DNA of 64,000 bases from a virus (lineage: Duplodnaviria; Caudoviricetes), in the IMG/VR virus record IMGVR_UViG_3300037420_000828, positions 4,400-68,399 of that record; one strand, 5' to 3'. A program made the position numbers and the translations under genes. Shown here one piece after another: positions 1 to 9,960 of the stretch; position 1 is the first letter of the stretch; each line of letters begins with the position of its first letter. The notes under the pieces are model-generated. The model saw nothing but the letters and a program-made list of their open reading frames with translations, searched no databases and was not told the DNA's origin.

Positions 1-71
1 CCCGGCCCGCAGCCAGACAGGACAACTGGGTGTCACCTGGAACAGTAGCGGGATGGGGCGCAGCGCCGGAC

Positions 72-479
72 TCAGCGATGCGGCATGATTCCGTCGCGGC
101 CGAGGACGCGCGTCAGCGTGAGGCAGAGATTGAGCCCAGCGACGGCGAGACCGAGGTAGAGGAGCTGGCGCACCTCCGCGAACCACCAGAACCGGTAGGG
201 GTAGAGGAAGCCGATCAGCAGCAGCGAGGACAGGGCCGCGTAGGCGAGGATCACCCAGAAGATGGCGCGAGCGGCCGGGACACGCCACCACGCGGTCCGC
301 AGGCCGAAGACGATCGAGAACGTCGTGGACTCGAAGGCCGTGACGGCGAGGAAGATCACCGTACCGGTCCGGGCCGAGTCGATGGAGATAGCCAGCACTA
401 AGCCCACCACCGCCATCGTGGTGTTGAGGACCAGGTTCCCCTTGGGCGTAAAGAGCAGTCTGCCGGGCATGATGATCAT
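72..479 (-). CDS. Multi-pass membrane protein (possible lysis accessory)
   Basis: About 4 hydrophobic segments; ATG overlaps the upstream TGA (ATGA at 476-479). Confidence 0.7.
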   Translation of the reverse strand: MIIMPGRLLFTPKGNLVLNTTMAVVGLVLAISIDSARTGTVIFLAVTAFESTTFSIVFGLRTAWWRVPAARAIFWVILAYAALSSLLLIGFLYPYRFWWFAEVRQLLYLGLAVAGLNLCLTLTRVLGRDGIMPHR

Positions 480-703
480 TGTTCCGTAGCACGCTGCTGG
501 AAGCCGAGACGTAGCTGGTTGGAGAACCCGTTGACCTTGCCCTTGCCGACGAGATAGGCCGTTTGGTCGGCGATGAAGGGAGCCAGCTCGTGCTGCTCCC
601 TTTCCATCTCGGCAGTCTCCGCCTGGAGCCGCCGTGTCTCGTCCCCGTCCTCCGTGTCCAGCCACGGGATCAGGCGCGTCAGCATGTCAGACCACTTCGG
701 CAT
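476..703 (-). CDS. Hypothetical protein
   Basis: 75-aa ORF overlapping both neighbours in a tight operon. Confidence 0.65.
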   Translation of the reverse strand: MPKWSDMLTRLIPWLDTEDGDETRRLQAETAEMEREQHELAPFIADQTAYLVGKGKVNGFSNQLRLGFQQRATEQ

Positions 704-956
704 CGGTCTCGCCGCCTACTACATCGGGCAAGGCGTCCAGGACTTGGACAGTTGCTGTGTTACCCCTCAAGAGCTGGTCGTTGTTCTTCTTCAGGACCTT
801 GTTGGCCGCCATCAACTCTGCGATGCGTGCGTCCTTGTCCGCCAGCCTGGCCCGCATGATTCGGACGGGCACCAGCCAGCCGAACATCACCATGATGAAC
901 ACTAGTCCGAGCAAGCCGGACGGCGTGAGCGACAAGAACGGACTGAGTTCGGCCAT
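687..956 (-). CDS. Single-pass membrane protein with coiled coil (holin-like/lysis accessory)
   Basis: N-terminal TM segment (GLLGLVFIMVMFGWLVP) followed by a coiled-coil-like stretch. Confidence 0.65.
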   Translation of the reverse strand: MAELSPFLSLTPSGLLGLVFIMVMFGWLVPVRIMRARLADKDARIAELMAANKVLKKNNDQLLRGNTATVQVLDALPDVVGGETDAEVV

Positions 957-1004
957 GTTCACCGGACCCTCCCTCCGTTCACCCCCGAGCATTGACCTCC
1001 CGGG

Positions 1005-1451
1005 CTATGCCTGGTCCGAGACCGGAGCCTGCGAAGCGGGCTGCGAGGCGGCCTGGATGGCGGACAGGATGTCGGCCTTCCGGGTCGCGCCGCCGAGGTC
1101 GATCTCCTCGCGCTTGGCGTAGTCGGTCAGCTGGGCGACGGTCCAGCTGTCGGACGGCTCGCCCTCCGGCTGATCCTCCGGCGCGTCGGCGGGCTGATCC
1201 TCCGGCTGGTCGTCCGGCTGATCGTCGGCCGGGGCCTCCGTCGGAGCCGCTTCGTCCAGCAGACCGGCGTCGCGCGCGATGCTCTCGGGCACGATGTAGG
1301 TCTTGCGGGAATTGGACCGGGTGTCCACATCGAGCAGTCCCGGGCCGCCCAGCTCCAGCAGCTTGGTGATGGCCGGGCCAGCCTTCTCCCGGTCCAGGAA
1401 CTGGATGTGCGCGAAGCCGTCGGTGACTTCGACCTGGATGCCTTCTGCCAT
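1005..1451 (-). CDS. Head-associated protein with acidic linker and C-terminal HeH/LEM-like motif
   Basis: RBS GGAG; DQP-repeat linker; WTVAQLTDYAKREEIDLGGATRKADILSAI motif; follows the capsid genes. Confidence 0.7.
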   Translation of the reverse strand: MAEGIQVEVTDGFAHIQFLDREKAGPAITKLLELGGPGLLDVDTRSNSRKTYIVPESIARDAGLLDEAAPTEAPADDQPDDQPEDQPADAPEDQPEGEPSDSWTVAQLTDYAKREEIDLGGATRKADILSAIQAASQPASQAPVSDQA

Positions 1452-1461
1452 GGTGTCTCTC

Positions 1462-2232
1462 CTAAGCGATTGTGACGGCGTGCACCGCGCACTCGTAGCC
1501 GACCGTGACCACACGCTCGGAGAGCGCGTAGACGGTGTTGTTGAATTCAGGGGTCTCATGGCTGCCGGTGGTCACTACCTCCTCGAAGGGCGTGGACCGC
1601 CAGACCGTGACCGGCCCGGTGGCAATGAGGGTGTTCCCCAGAGCCGAGTCGTATCCACCGCCGAACACCCAGGTGTTGCCCAGGTTGGTCCGGAGGACGG
1701 CCGACCCCGAGGCGGCATTGAGGAATCCCGCCTCCACCGCCCACTTGCGGCTGGCGTGGATATACCCGTTGAAGCCCTGCTCACCGAGGAAGACTTCGAG
1801 CTGGCCGATGGCGTCGGTGAGGCTGGTGGCCGCCGCTGTGGCTCCGGCGTCGGCGAGCAGCTTTGTCGCGAACGCGGACTCCACGATCAGCGGCTCGTGC
1901 AGGGTGCGGAGCTGGCGGGCACGCGCCATCTCCTCGTCCTCGGTCTGGTCGGTCGCGCACTCAGCCGCCGCCCACACCACGAGCGGGTCGAAGTGCTGGA
2001 GATCGGGCCGCGCGCCGGGGAGCTTATTCGGTGGGGTCGGGTCACACAGCTCCGGCGAGTAGCTGCCCACGCCGGTGTCGCAGTTGAACGGGAAGATGTC
2101 GACACCCGCCAGCAGCTCACGCGGGATCTCGCCGCTGTCGAGCAGAGTGGCCGCCGAGTACAGGCCGTATCCCTGGGCGGGTACGGCCGGGGCCTCGTAG
2201 ACCACGGCCATCGGAGTTGTAGGTGCGGTCAT
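1462..2232 (-). CDS. Major capsid pentamer protein (putative)
   Basis: 256-aa gene directly after the large capsid gene, as in cluster B-type phages; RBS GGAAGG. Confidence 0.65.
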   Translation of the reverse strand: MTAPTTPMAVVYEAPAVPAQGYGLYSAATLLDSGEIPRELLAGVDIFPFNCDTGVGSYSPELCDPTPPNKLPGARPDLQHFDPLVVWAAAECATDQTEDEEMARARQLRTLHEPLIVESAFATKLLADAGATAAATSLTDAIGQLEVFLGEQGFNGYIHASRKWAVEAGFLNAASGSAVLRTNLGNTWVFGGGYDSALGNTLIATGPVTVWRSTPFEEVVTTGSHETPEFNNTVYALSERVVTVGYECAVHAVTIA

Positions 2233-2325
2233 GGCGCTTTCCTTCCGGGTCTGAGGTCCGAAGATGCCGGAGGGCGCGGCCAGCGGTCTGAGCCGCCGAC
2301 CGCGCCCTCCGGGTCACTTCAGATC

Positions 2326-4362
2326 CTACGAACCACCCTCGGTGGTGACGGTGACCGTCGCCGTGGGGTTGGTGCCGCCGGTGAGAGCGGAGGTGACCGT
2401 CATCTTCGGGACGTTCGCGCCCTTGAACCGACCGCCGAAGGTCATGGTGACCGGAGCGGTGCCGAGGGCACCACCCGCAGCCGTCACGTCCCCGACGTTC
2501 ACGTTGGTCAACGCCTCCAGCGCGGACTGGACGGCCGCAGCGGTGGCGTTGTACGCGATCGGCGCGGTGCTCTGGCCCTCGAAGGTCAGGGTCACGGTGC
2601 CGCCCGTCGGCGAGCCGGAGGTGGCCAGGGCCTGAACCTCGTCCGCCGGGGTGTTGCAGGTGACGGTGATCGGGCCACCGTAGCCGCCGTTGACGCAGGT
2701 GGGGATGGTGACCACCAGCGACTCGTCGCAGCGCTTGGCCACGGCGTAGGCGTCCTCGGTGAAGAACCGGCTGTACCGGTTGAGCTGAAGCAGCTCACGC
2801 GGGTACTGCACGCCGAACTCGATGACGTTCGACAGCGAGCGGAACCAGGTGCCCGCCGGGTACATCAGGACCGAGACGCTGCCGGGCCACTGGAGGGTGG
2901 CCAGGTTGCCGGGCATACCCGCCTCGCGGGTCTGCCAGTCGGCGACGAACTGGAAGCGGATGCCCCGGGCCGAGAACCAGGCGTCGATCTGGGCATCGGT
3001 GACGCTCTTGATGTCCAGACCCTGCTGCTGGGCGAAGTCGGCGCGGATCAGCGCGTGCAGCCAGTTCGGGGCCACGCCCTCGATCGGGTAGCCACGCGCG
3101 TAGCCCTTGTTGAGGCGCAGGTTGATCGCCATCAGCTCCAAGGTGTTGAGCACCGAGGAAGCGGCGGAGACGCCGAGCGCGGCCGTGGTGAGGCTGATCG
3201 GGGTCGAGCCGGAGACCATGTTGAGGATGGTCCGGCGGCTCAGCGCGCGGAAGTGCTCCTGGGTGATCGACCGCATGAACCAGTCGATCAGCTCCGGCCA
3301 GCCCTGGGTCTGGAGGATGCCCGCCTCGACGCAGTAGCCGACCGCCGACAGGCGGATCTCATTGAACTCGTCGGGGCACGGGATCTCCACGCACTCCTTG
3401 ACCGGAGCCGGGATGGCCTCCAGCTCGGGCTCGGTGAAGAAGAACTCGAAGCTCTCGAAGATGCTCGACAGATCCGGCTCGATCGGCCAGCGGACACCGC
3501 CGCGCCGGATGGTGATTTCCGGCAGCGCGACCAGGTCGGTCGCCAGCGGGACCTCGCAGAAGTCGTACAGCTGCTCCGACGGGGCGCACCAGCCACCCGC
3601 CGCCGTCAGCGAGCCGTTCTTGTCGAACGACGCCGGGCGGAGGTTGGACAGGTCGGTGGCCTCCTTGATGGCCGCGACCAGCGCGTGGCTGTCCTCGACC
3701 ACGGGCATGTCACCGCGCTCCAGGGCGAACAGCGGTAGCGAGGCGTAGGCACCTTCCTGGCGGACGTTGCCGCGCGGGCGGTGACCCTTCTTGACGGCGT
3801 CGATGCTGGCCGCGATCTCCGCGAAGCCCACCAGCTCACGGCTGGGGTTGATCATCGAGTCGTACATCCGGAAGCCGACGTTGTCGGTCGAGCCGGTGCC
3901 GCGCGGGATGTGGGTCGGGGTCTTGCCCTTCTGCATCCCGGCGAAGGAGGTCTGCTTGCGGGCGACCTGCTTGGTGGCGGACTTACCGGCAGCGGCGGTG
4001 ACCGATGCGGCGGCCTCGGTGATCGCCTCGGCCTCCTCGACCACTTCCTCGCCGCCCTCGGGATCGGTCTCTTCGCCGTCGTCGTCACCCTCGGGCTCGT
4101 CACCCTCGGGCTGGCCCTCGGCCAGCAGCTGGGAAATCTCCTCGTCACGCCCGGTGGCGTCGGAGGCGGCGGCCAACGCAGCGTCCAGGGTCTTGCCAGC
4201 GGACACCACGTAGCGGAGCTGGTCCAGCTCCTCGTCGCTCAGAGTTTCACCGCCGTCCACCTTGCCGCGCAGGCGGCTGAATGCCTCCTGGGCTGCGGCC
4301 CGGAGGGCGGTGAGGTCTTCGACACCGGCAGGCAGTTCATCCGGCAGTTCGAAGGGGTCCAT
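2326..4362 (-). CDS. Major capsid hexamer protein with N-terminal scaffold-like region and C-terminal extension domain
   Basis: 678 aa; acidic/helical N-terminus, SLTAAGGWCAPSEQLYDFC motif; strong RBS GATAGGAG; downstream of the protease. Confidence 0.85.
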   Translation of the reverse strand: MDPFELPDELPAGVEDLTALRAAAQEAFSRLRGKVDGGETLSDEELDQLRYVVSAGKTLDAALAAASDATGRDEEISQLLAEGQPEGDEPEGDDDGEETDPEGGEEVVEEAEAITEAAASVTAAAGKSATKQVARKQTSFAGMQKGKTPTHIPRGTGSTDNVGFRMYDSMINPSRELVGFAEIAASIDAVKKGHRPRGNVRQEGAYASLPLFALERGDMPVVEDSHALVAAIKEATDLSNLRPASFDKNGSLTAAGGWCAPSEQLYDFCEVPLATDLVALPEITIRRGGVRWPIEPDLSSIFESFEFFFTEPELEAIPAPVKECVEIPCPDEFNEIRLSAVGYCVEAGILQTQGWPELIDWFMRSITQEHFRALSRRTILNMVSGSTPISLTTAALGVSAASSVLNTLELMAINLRLNKGYARGYPIEGVAPNWLHALIRADFAQQQGLDIKSVTDAQIDAWFSARGIRFQFVADWQTREAGMPGNLATLQWPGSVSVLMYPAGTWFRSLSNVIEFGVQYPRELLQLNRYSRFFTEDAYAVAKRCDESLVVTIPTCVNGGYGGPITVTCNTPADEVQALATSGSPTGGTVTLTFEGQSTAPIAYNATAAAVQSALEALTNVNVGDVTAAGGALGTAPVTMTFGGRFKGANVPKMTVTSALTGGTNPTATVTVTTEGGS

Positions 4363-4458
4363 GATGGGCTCCTATCGTCTCAGTTCGGGTCGGTTACCGG
4401 ATTCGCCCCCGGCCCGAAGCCAGACGAGGTTCATCACGTCTTGCACAGTAGAACAGGG

Positions 4459-4650
4459 CTACGCAGGGTGGCTGACCGTGCGCCGCCGGACCGTGCCGCC
4501 GCCGTTCTGGCGGACGGCACGCTTGGCCTCCAGGGGGGTGGAGAAGGTCTGAGTCTCCGCCGTCCCGGGGGCGGTGAAGTCGTAGACGAACGACTGGCCC
4601 TTGGCCTGGGCGGCGGCTGCCCGCCGCGCGCCTCCACATGCGCAGCCCAT
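4459..4650 (-). CDS. Small conserved head-region protein (MGCACGG...)
   Basis: TGATG coupling to the protease stop; Cys-rich N-terminus typical of this position in cluster B-type phages. Confidence 0.7.
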   Translation of the reverse strand: MGCACGGARRAAAAQAKGQSFVYDFTAPGTAETQTFSTPLEAKRAVRQNGGGTVRRRTVSHPA

Positions 4651-7379
4651 CAGAATGCTCCCTCGATCAGAGCGGCGGCCTGCCGCTGGACTTCCTCCGC
4701 GATCAGAGTCTTCGCCAGCGCGGCGCGGCGCTCCTCGGCGCGGACCTCGGTGACGATGCTGCGGACGAACTCGGTGAACTTCACCGAGTCCGAGGACAGC
4801 TGCGCGATGGGGTCGGACTCCTGGGCGCACGGGCCGAGCGAAGCCACCAGCGCCAGAGGCGAATCGGTGTCGTCGGTCGCGCCGGAGGCGAGGATGGGGA
4901 AGCCGGGGGTGTTGACCGCCAGCGCCGCCACCAGCTCCAGGTTGCCGCCGACGTTGCGCCAGTCTCCGGACAGCGGCGCAGCCAGTCCGGCTGCCACCTG
5001 CTCCGGCGTCGCGCCGGGGGCGGCCACGCCGGAGAACCAGACACCGTGCTCGTCCTCGCCGACGTGGACCAGCGCGAAGCATGTCCCGGCGTTGTCGTAG
5101 TGGGCGATGGTCGCGGCGGGGTTGAGCCGGGGACCGGCGTGCCCTCCGCCGACGGTGAGCCGCCCGACCTTCACCGGACCCTCGGAGGTCTTCACCGGCG
5201 GAGCGGTGTGGAACCAGGCGTAGTCAGTCTGGCTGCGGGGAGCCATCACGCAGGCGTCCTGGATGCCGATGTGGCAGACGTTGAAGGCGGCGAGGTGGCC
5301 CATGATCCGGCCGTCCTCGGTCATGTGCGGCAGCGTCGGCCCGTCGAATTCGGGGTTGGCGAACAGGGCCGGGTCGTACACCGGCTGGTCGATCAGGCCG
5401 GGCTGCGCCAGCGCGGCGGCGGCCACCACCGCGTCCGGAGTCTTGGTGACCTCCCCGCTGAGGGTGATCGAGGTCTGGCCGAACGCCGGAGTGGCGACGA
5501 GAGTGGCTGCGAGGATCTTGGCGGCGGTGACGGTCTGGACGAACTCCATGTCCGGGTTGGCGCGGTACTCCTCTTCGGTGACCGGCCGTCCCTGCGCGTC
5601 ACGCAGTTCCCAGGTGACGTCGCCGAGGTCTACCGAGGGACCGGTGACGCCGTGCTCGATCTGCACCGCCGCCTGGTCCGCCTCTGGGGTCTGGAGCAGG
5701 TAGCCCTTGCCGATGACCTCCTTGCCGACCACCCCGGCGGACTCGATGACGCCGACGGTGTAGGCGTTGATGTGCCCGCCGGAGGACTGCTGCTGCCAGA
5801 GCAGGGGCAGCGGGAAGTCCCGGAAGCTCAGCTCGATGTTGTCGGCGAACATGCGCCCGTCATCGGTGGGCGTGCCGATCACGGCCAGCACGCTGGTGAA
5901 GCTGCGGTAATCGGTCATGGACGCCACTTTCTCAGAGACGGGCGCAGCGGCCGTGACCTCGGGCTCGTCCGCCAGCGATTCGACCCACTCCTCCGCCTGC
6001 TCCTGGGCGGCGGAGCTGGTGACCTTCTTGCGGGCGGCGCACGCCTTCAACTTCTCCCACTGGGTGACCGCGTTGCACGCCTCCGCGCGCGAGCCCGCAT
6101 TGACGTTCTGCTTGCCGGGGAAGTTGATGTCGCCGGTCTTGCACATCTTCTTGCAGACATTGACCGCCGTGGCAATCGCCTGGCTCTCCGGCATCCCCTT
6201 CTCTTGGAGGTGCTTGGTGATGCGCTTGATGAACTTCGGCAGCCCGCCACAGGCGTCCACCCAGTTCTTCGCCTTGCCCGCGAACTCCTCGATCTCGGCG
6301 AGTTCGTCGGGGTCCGGCTCGATCAGCTCGAACAGCTCCAGGTTCAGCTCGTCCATGATCGCTCCCAGGTATCCGGTGAAGTCCGGCTCTCCGCCGTTGT
6401 AGGTGTAGGGCTGGCCGCTCATCGACTCGGCGAATTCGGCGGCGAGTTGCTGGGTCCGGCGGCCGACCATCGAGGTAGCTCCCCCCGCCGTGAGGTCCGG
6501 GTGGGGTCGGGTGAAGTAGGCGAACAGACGGCACCGGCAGTTGATGGTGTTGTCGATGTCGCCGAGCGGATCGCCGGGGAAGCGCAGGGATTCTCCGCCG
6601 ACGTGGAATGCCACGCCCGGCCGCCGACGCTGGCCGTTGGCCTCGGCGTGCGCGGCCCGGGTGTGGGAATCGAGGATGGCGACCCACGCCACCTCCATCT
6701 CCCGGCCGGAGTCTCGGGCGGCCTGCTGGAGGGCGGCGTTGAGGGTGCCGGAGCCGTGGGTCTGGCCGACCTCGTCTGCCGCCGCCTGCCACTGCGGGTC
6801 CAGCGGATCGAACACGGCCACAGCCTGCTCCCGCGCGGCGGCGGTGTCGGTGGCTTTGTCGTTGCCGGAGCGGATGCGCCGGTAGACGCGACCGACCGCG
6901 TCTATCACGCGCTGGCCCACGTTCTGCGCGTGCTCCTGAGCAAACGAGCGCACCTGCGGGTTGGCTGTCAGCATCAGCTCCACGGAGGTGACGCTGATGC
7001 TCAGGCGGCGGCTCAGGATGGCCCCGGCGCGGCGGGCCAGCTCGTCTCGGGTCGGCATCCCCGGCATGTTGTGCTTCGCGGTCGCCACGATGGCCTTCGC
7101 GACCGCCAGCGGAACGCCGGTGAGCACTTCCTGGGCCTTGGCGTAGGCGTCGGCGGCGATGATGGTGACGCCGTAGAGGATCAGCGCGTCCACCAGGTAG
7201 TTCCACTGAGCATCCTGCTCAGCGGCGGCGCTGGCGTTCGGCGGAGGCGGAGCGGCGGCCAGCACCGCGCTCTCGGCCCGGGGCAGCCATATCTCCAGTG
7301 CCAGCTCTACGAGGTCCGAGATTGCCCGCTCCGTCAGCAGCTGTTCGAGAAGGGCCGATTCCTTGGACTCGGGGTACAT
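4650..7379 (-). CDS. MuF-like minor capsid / capsid maturation protease fusion
   Basis: MuF motif WVAILDSHTRAAH...FPGDP...NCRC; C-terminal domain starting SFTSVLAVIGTPTDDGR; between portal and capsid; start coupled to the portal stop. Confidence 0.85.
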   Translation of the reverse strand: MYPESKESALLEQLLTERAISDLVELALEIWLPRAESAVLAAAPPPPNASAAAEQDAQWNYLVDALILYGVTIIAADAYAKAQEVLTGVPLAVAKAIVATAKHNMPGMPTRDELARRAGAILSRRLSISVTSVELMLTANPQVRSFAQEHAQNVGQRVIDAVGRVYRRIRSGNDKATDTAAAREQAVAVFDPLDPQWQAAADEVGQTHGSGTLNAALQQAARDSGREMEVAWVAILDSHTRAAHAEANGQRRRPGVAFHVGGESLRFPGDPLGDIDNTINCRCRLFAYFTRPHPDLTAGGATSMVGRRTQQLAAEFAESMSGQPYTYNGGEPDFTGYLGAIMDELNLELFELIEPDPDELAEIEEFAGKAKNWVDACGGLPKFIKRITKHLQEKGMPESQAIATAVNVCKKMCKTGDINFPGKQNVNAGSRAEACNAVTQWEKLKACAARKKVTSSAAQEQAEEWVESLADEPEVTAAAPVSEKVASMTDYRSFTSVLAVIGTPTDDGRMFADNIELSFRDFPLPLLWQQQSSGGHINAYTVGVIESAGVVGKEVIGKGYLLQTPEADQAAVQIEHGVTGPSVDLGDVTWELRDAQGRPVTEEEYRANPDMEFVQTVTAAKILAATLVATPAFGQTSITLSGEVTKTPDAVVAAAALAQPGLIDQPVYDPALFANPEFDGPTLPHMTEDGRIMGHLAAFNVCHIGIQDACVMAPRSQTDYAWFHTAPPVKTSEGPVKVGRLTVGGGHAGPRLNPAATIAHYDNAGTCFALVHVGEDEHGVWFSGVAAPGATPEQVAAGLAAPLSGDWRNVGGNLELVAALAVNTPGFPILASGATDDTDSPLALVASLGPCAQESDPIAQLSSDSVKFTEFVRSIVTEVRAEERRAALAKTLIAEEVQRQAAALIEGAF

Positions 7380-9310
7380 CACAGCCTCCGCAGCATCGAC
7401 TGCGTGATCACCGGCGCGGAGGCGGTGACCTGCGCCAGCTGCGCCACGCCCTCCACCATCGACCGGAAGCTCTCGGGACACAGGCCCAGCGTGACCAGGT
7501 CGTCATCGCACACCCCGGTGTCCCAGCCCTTGATCAGGTCCGCCGCCTCCCCGTTGCGGACGGGCGGCAGCACGGTGTGGGCGAGCTGGATCGGCACCTC
7601 GCGGTACAGCGCGGCGGTAGTGCGGGTCCGCCGCCGCTTGTTCGCCAGCTCCAGCGCCCGGTTGACGCACACGCGGGCGATAGTCAGGCCCGCCGCCTGG
7701 ATCGGGGCAGGCTCGGGCTTGGGCGCGCTGGCAGGCTCGGGCGGCTGCTGATCGGTGTTCTGACCGTCGCCGGGCTGCGCGTTCGGATCGGTGCCGGGGG
7801 CCAGGGCTGGCGGCGGAGGCGGCGCTATGTCCAGGCCCACCTTGCGGGCCGCCGCCTCCAGGATGGGCAGCAGCTGCGCGGTGTTGGCGGGGTTGGCGGC
7901 CATCTTGTCCAGCGCCATCTGGACCCAGCCGTCCACCGTGCCGTAGTCGTAGCCGTCCTCGTCATCGAACCCGAAGTGCTGGCGGAGGGCGGCGGCGGTG
8001 ATCGCGCCCCGGTCGAAGGCGTCCCGGGCCTCGTCGGTCTTGTCCGGGTCCTGGGACAGCGCGGTGGTGTCGTACCAGACGATGTACTGGTCCGGGTCGA
8101 TGCCCTCCTGGACCAGCTTCTCCCGAAGGATCTCCTGGGTCAGGGCGTCGGTGATGGTCTGGACCAGCGGCGCGACGTGGACCTTGATGTCGTTCTCGTC
8201 AATGGCCCACGCGGACCAGTGATTGCCCTCGGACATGCCGAACAGCCGCTCCGGGGCCACGTCCAGGCCCATCGCGAGACGGCGGATGTCCTCCTGCTGG
8301 ATCTTGAGCGTCGTCTCGGGGATGTCGCTACCCGGGCGAATCCAGTTGACGTTCTTGATCATCTCGCCGGGCACGGCGGCGATGATCGGCAGCATCGCCG
8401 CCTGGCTCTCGGGATCGCGCTTGGCGACGGAGGCGACGTCATACAGCAGGTCGGTGAGGGCCTGCGCGGAGTTGGGCTCGAAGAACGGGACCGGATCGTT
8501 GGTGTCGGCCGTGCCGACCGGCATCGCCACGGGGGCCTGCTGCTGGGGCAGGCTCATCTCCTGCGGGACGAACATGATGCCGTTGCCGACGAGCCGGTTG
8601 TTGTTGGCGGCGGCGATGGTGGCGTCGGCCTGGATGATGCCTTCGAGGACCTTGCGGTTCGACCAGATGGGACTGACGGGCTTGCTCGGGTCCATCGGGT
8701 GCTCGGTCCACACCCGGAACAGGATGTCGACATCCTGGTTGAATTCGTGCTTGCTGCCGTCGGGCAGCTTGAGGATCACGCCCGAGGGCGTGGACTGGAT
8801 CTGCTCCTTGCCGAAGACGTACCACTGTTCCAGCTGGTAGCCGGGCCGTGAGATGTCCACCGGCAGCGCCAGACCGTCGATGGTCTCCTCGCGCGCCTTG
8901 TCGCGGACGACCATGCCGACCCAGCACTCACCCACCACCGACAGCAGGTAGCCGCAGCGGTGGATCATCTTCGCCTGGCCGGAGACTCCGCCGCCGATGT
9001 CCCGGACGATCTCACGGACCTTCTCGGCGTTCGGATCGTCCTCGGGGATGTCGCCCATGGGCGCGCCCTGGTCGTCCATCGCGGAGGCGACGAGACGACA
9101 GCGGCTGGCCGACCACGCACGCCAGCTGACCACGTACTGAAGTTCGCCGACCAGCTCCAGGTAGCGCCAGGCGTCACCCTGCCAGCCGTCTCCGGAAGTC
9201 ATCGACTTGCGGAAGCTGGACGGGTTCTTGGCGTCCACCCTCTGCGCGGCGGCCGTCAGCGACTTGGTCTGCTGACGGCCGGAGCGGCGGCGAATGATGA
9301 CTCGGGGCAC
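7379..9310 (-). CDS. Portal protein
   Basis: 643 aa; SLTAAAQRV N-terminal motif; upstream of the MuF-protease gene. Confidence 0.85.
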   Translation of the reverse strand: MPRVIIRRRSGRQQTKSLTAAAQRVDAKNPSSFRKSMTSGDGWQGDAWRYLELVGELQYVVSWRAWSASRCRLVASAMDDQGAPMGDIPEDDPNAEKVREIVRDIGGGVSGQAKMIHRCGYLLSVVGECWVGMVVRDKAREETIDGLALPVDISRPGYQLEQWYVFGKEQIQSTPSGVILKLPDGSKHEFNQDVDILFRVWTEHPMDPSKPVSPIWSNRKVLEGIIQADATIAAANNNRLVGNGIMFVPQEMSLPQQQAPVAMPVGTADTNDPVPFFEPNSAQALTDLLYDVASVAKRDPESQAAMLPIIAAVPGEMIKNVNWIRPGSDIPETTLKIQQEDIRRLAMGLDVAPERLFGMSEGNHWSAWAIDENDIKVHVAPLVQTITDALTQEILREKLVQEGIDPDQYIVWYDTTALSQDPDKTDEARDAFDRGAITAAALRQHFGFDDEDGYDYGTVDGWVQMALDKMAANPANTAQLLPILEAAARKVGLDIAPPPPPALAPGTDPNAQPGDGQNTDQQPPEPASAPKPEPAPIQAAGLTIARVCVNRALELANKRRRTRTTAALYREVPIQLAHTVLPPVRNGEAADLIKGWDTGVCDDDLVTLGLCPESFRSMVEGVAQLAQVTASAPVITQSMLRRL

Positions 9311-9335
9311 GCCATCACAGTAACGGCGTGCCCCG
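9303..9335 (-). promoter_or_regulatory. Leaderless-type promoter: -10 TACTGT 6 nt before the portal GTG, inside an 11-bp inverted repeat
   Basis: CGGGGCACGCC-N11-GGCGTGCCCCG read directly from the sequence. Confidence 0.5.
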
Positions 9336-9339
9336 CAGC

Positions 9340-9687
9340 TCAGACCTCTTCGTCTTCGATCTCTACCTCGATGTCGTCATCGGGCTCCAGGTTGGTGGCG
9401 AAGAGGCCGACCAGGTAGCTGCCGGTGAGCGCCACCAGCGGGTAGAGGTACCCGGGCCAGTCGGCCGGGAGCCAGAGGACCCAGGCCGTGGCGAACCCCA
9501 GCCACATGCTCACGCACCAGGGGCACTGGACGAAGTAGGTCAGATAGGTCTCCGCGCCCTTGGACCGCTTGTAGGCCCAGATGCGCAGAAAGTCCGTCAG
9601 CCGATCGGCGACGATCAGACGGGTGACGCGCGCGAGCGCGAACACCCACAGCCCTCCCGTCAGGAGGGCCAGGGCGTAATCCTTCAT
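9340..9687 (-). CDS. Membrane protein with CPWC motif (DUF1360-like)
   Basis: ARVTRLIVAD...FVQCPWCVSMW, TM segments, acidic tail. Confidence 0.7.
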   Translation of the reverse strand: MKDYALALLTGGLWVFALARVTRLIVADRLTDFLRIWAYKRSKGAETYLTYFVQCPWCVSMWLGFATAWVLWLPADWPGYLYPLVALTGSYLVGLFATNLEPDDDIEVEIEDEEV

Positions 9688-9905
9688 GCAGTTGCTGCCT
9701 CTCGTGGAGTGTTCCGTTTCAGCCAGGCGATGGCGTTGCGCTCGCCTCGCCCACCGCCGAGCGAGCACGACAGTGTGCAGGTCTGTTGTACCTGCGGGTG
9801 GCGGAAGATCAGGTGACCGCTGCCGGAGGTCCGGACGTACTCCCAGCCGTTCGCCAGGGCGAAGGCTATGTCGGGTCGCTTGCGGTCGTAGCTACGAACT
9901 CTCAT
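9684..9905 (-). CDS. hicA: HicA-like toxin (dsRBD-fold mRNA interferase family)
   Basis: GWEYVRTSGSGHLIFRHP matches the HicA GSH signature; 73 aa; RBS GAGGGAG. Confidence 0.7.
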   Translation of the reverse strand: MRVRSYDRKRPDIAFALANGWEYVRTSGSGHLIFRHPQVQQTCTLSCSLGGGRGERNAIAWLKRNTPREAATA

Positions 9906-9960
9906 GTCTCCCTCTCGTGGGATCTGAGGGAGCCCCGGGGGCCGAGGCTCCCGGGGTGGA

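Noticed and set aside
30-401. Plus-strand 123-aa ORF
   Set aside because: Antisense to the membrane-protein gene 72-479, which fits the operon and has coupled start/stop codons
1130-1260. DQP/EDQP tandem micro-repeats
   Set aside because: Low-complexity acidic linker within a protein, not a separate element
4638-7751. 1037-aa plus-strand ORF (and 1303-3738)
   Set aside because: Antisense to the protease, portal and capsid genes; Arg/Gly-rich shadow composition
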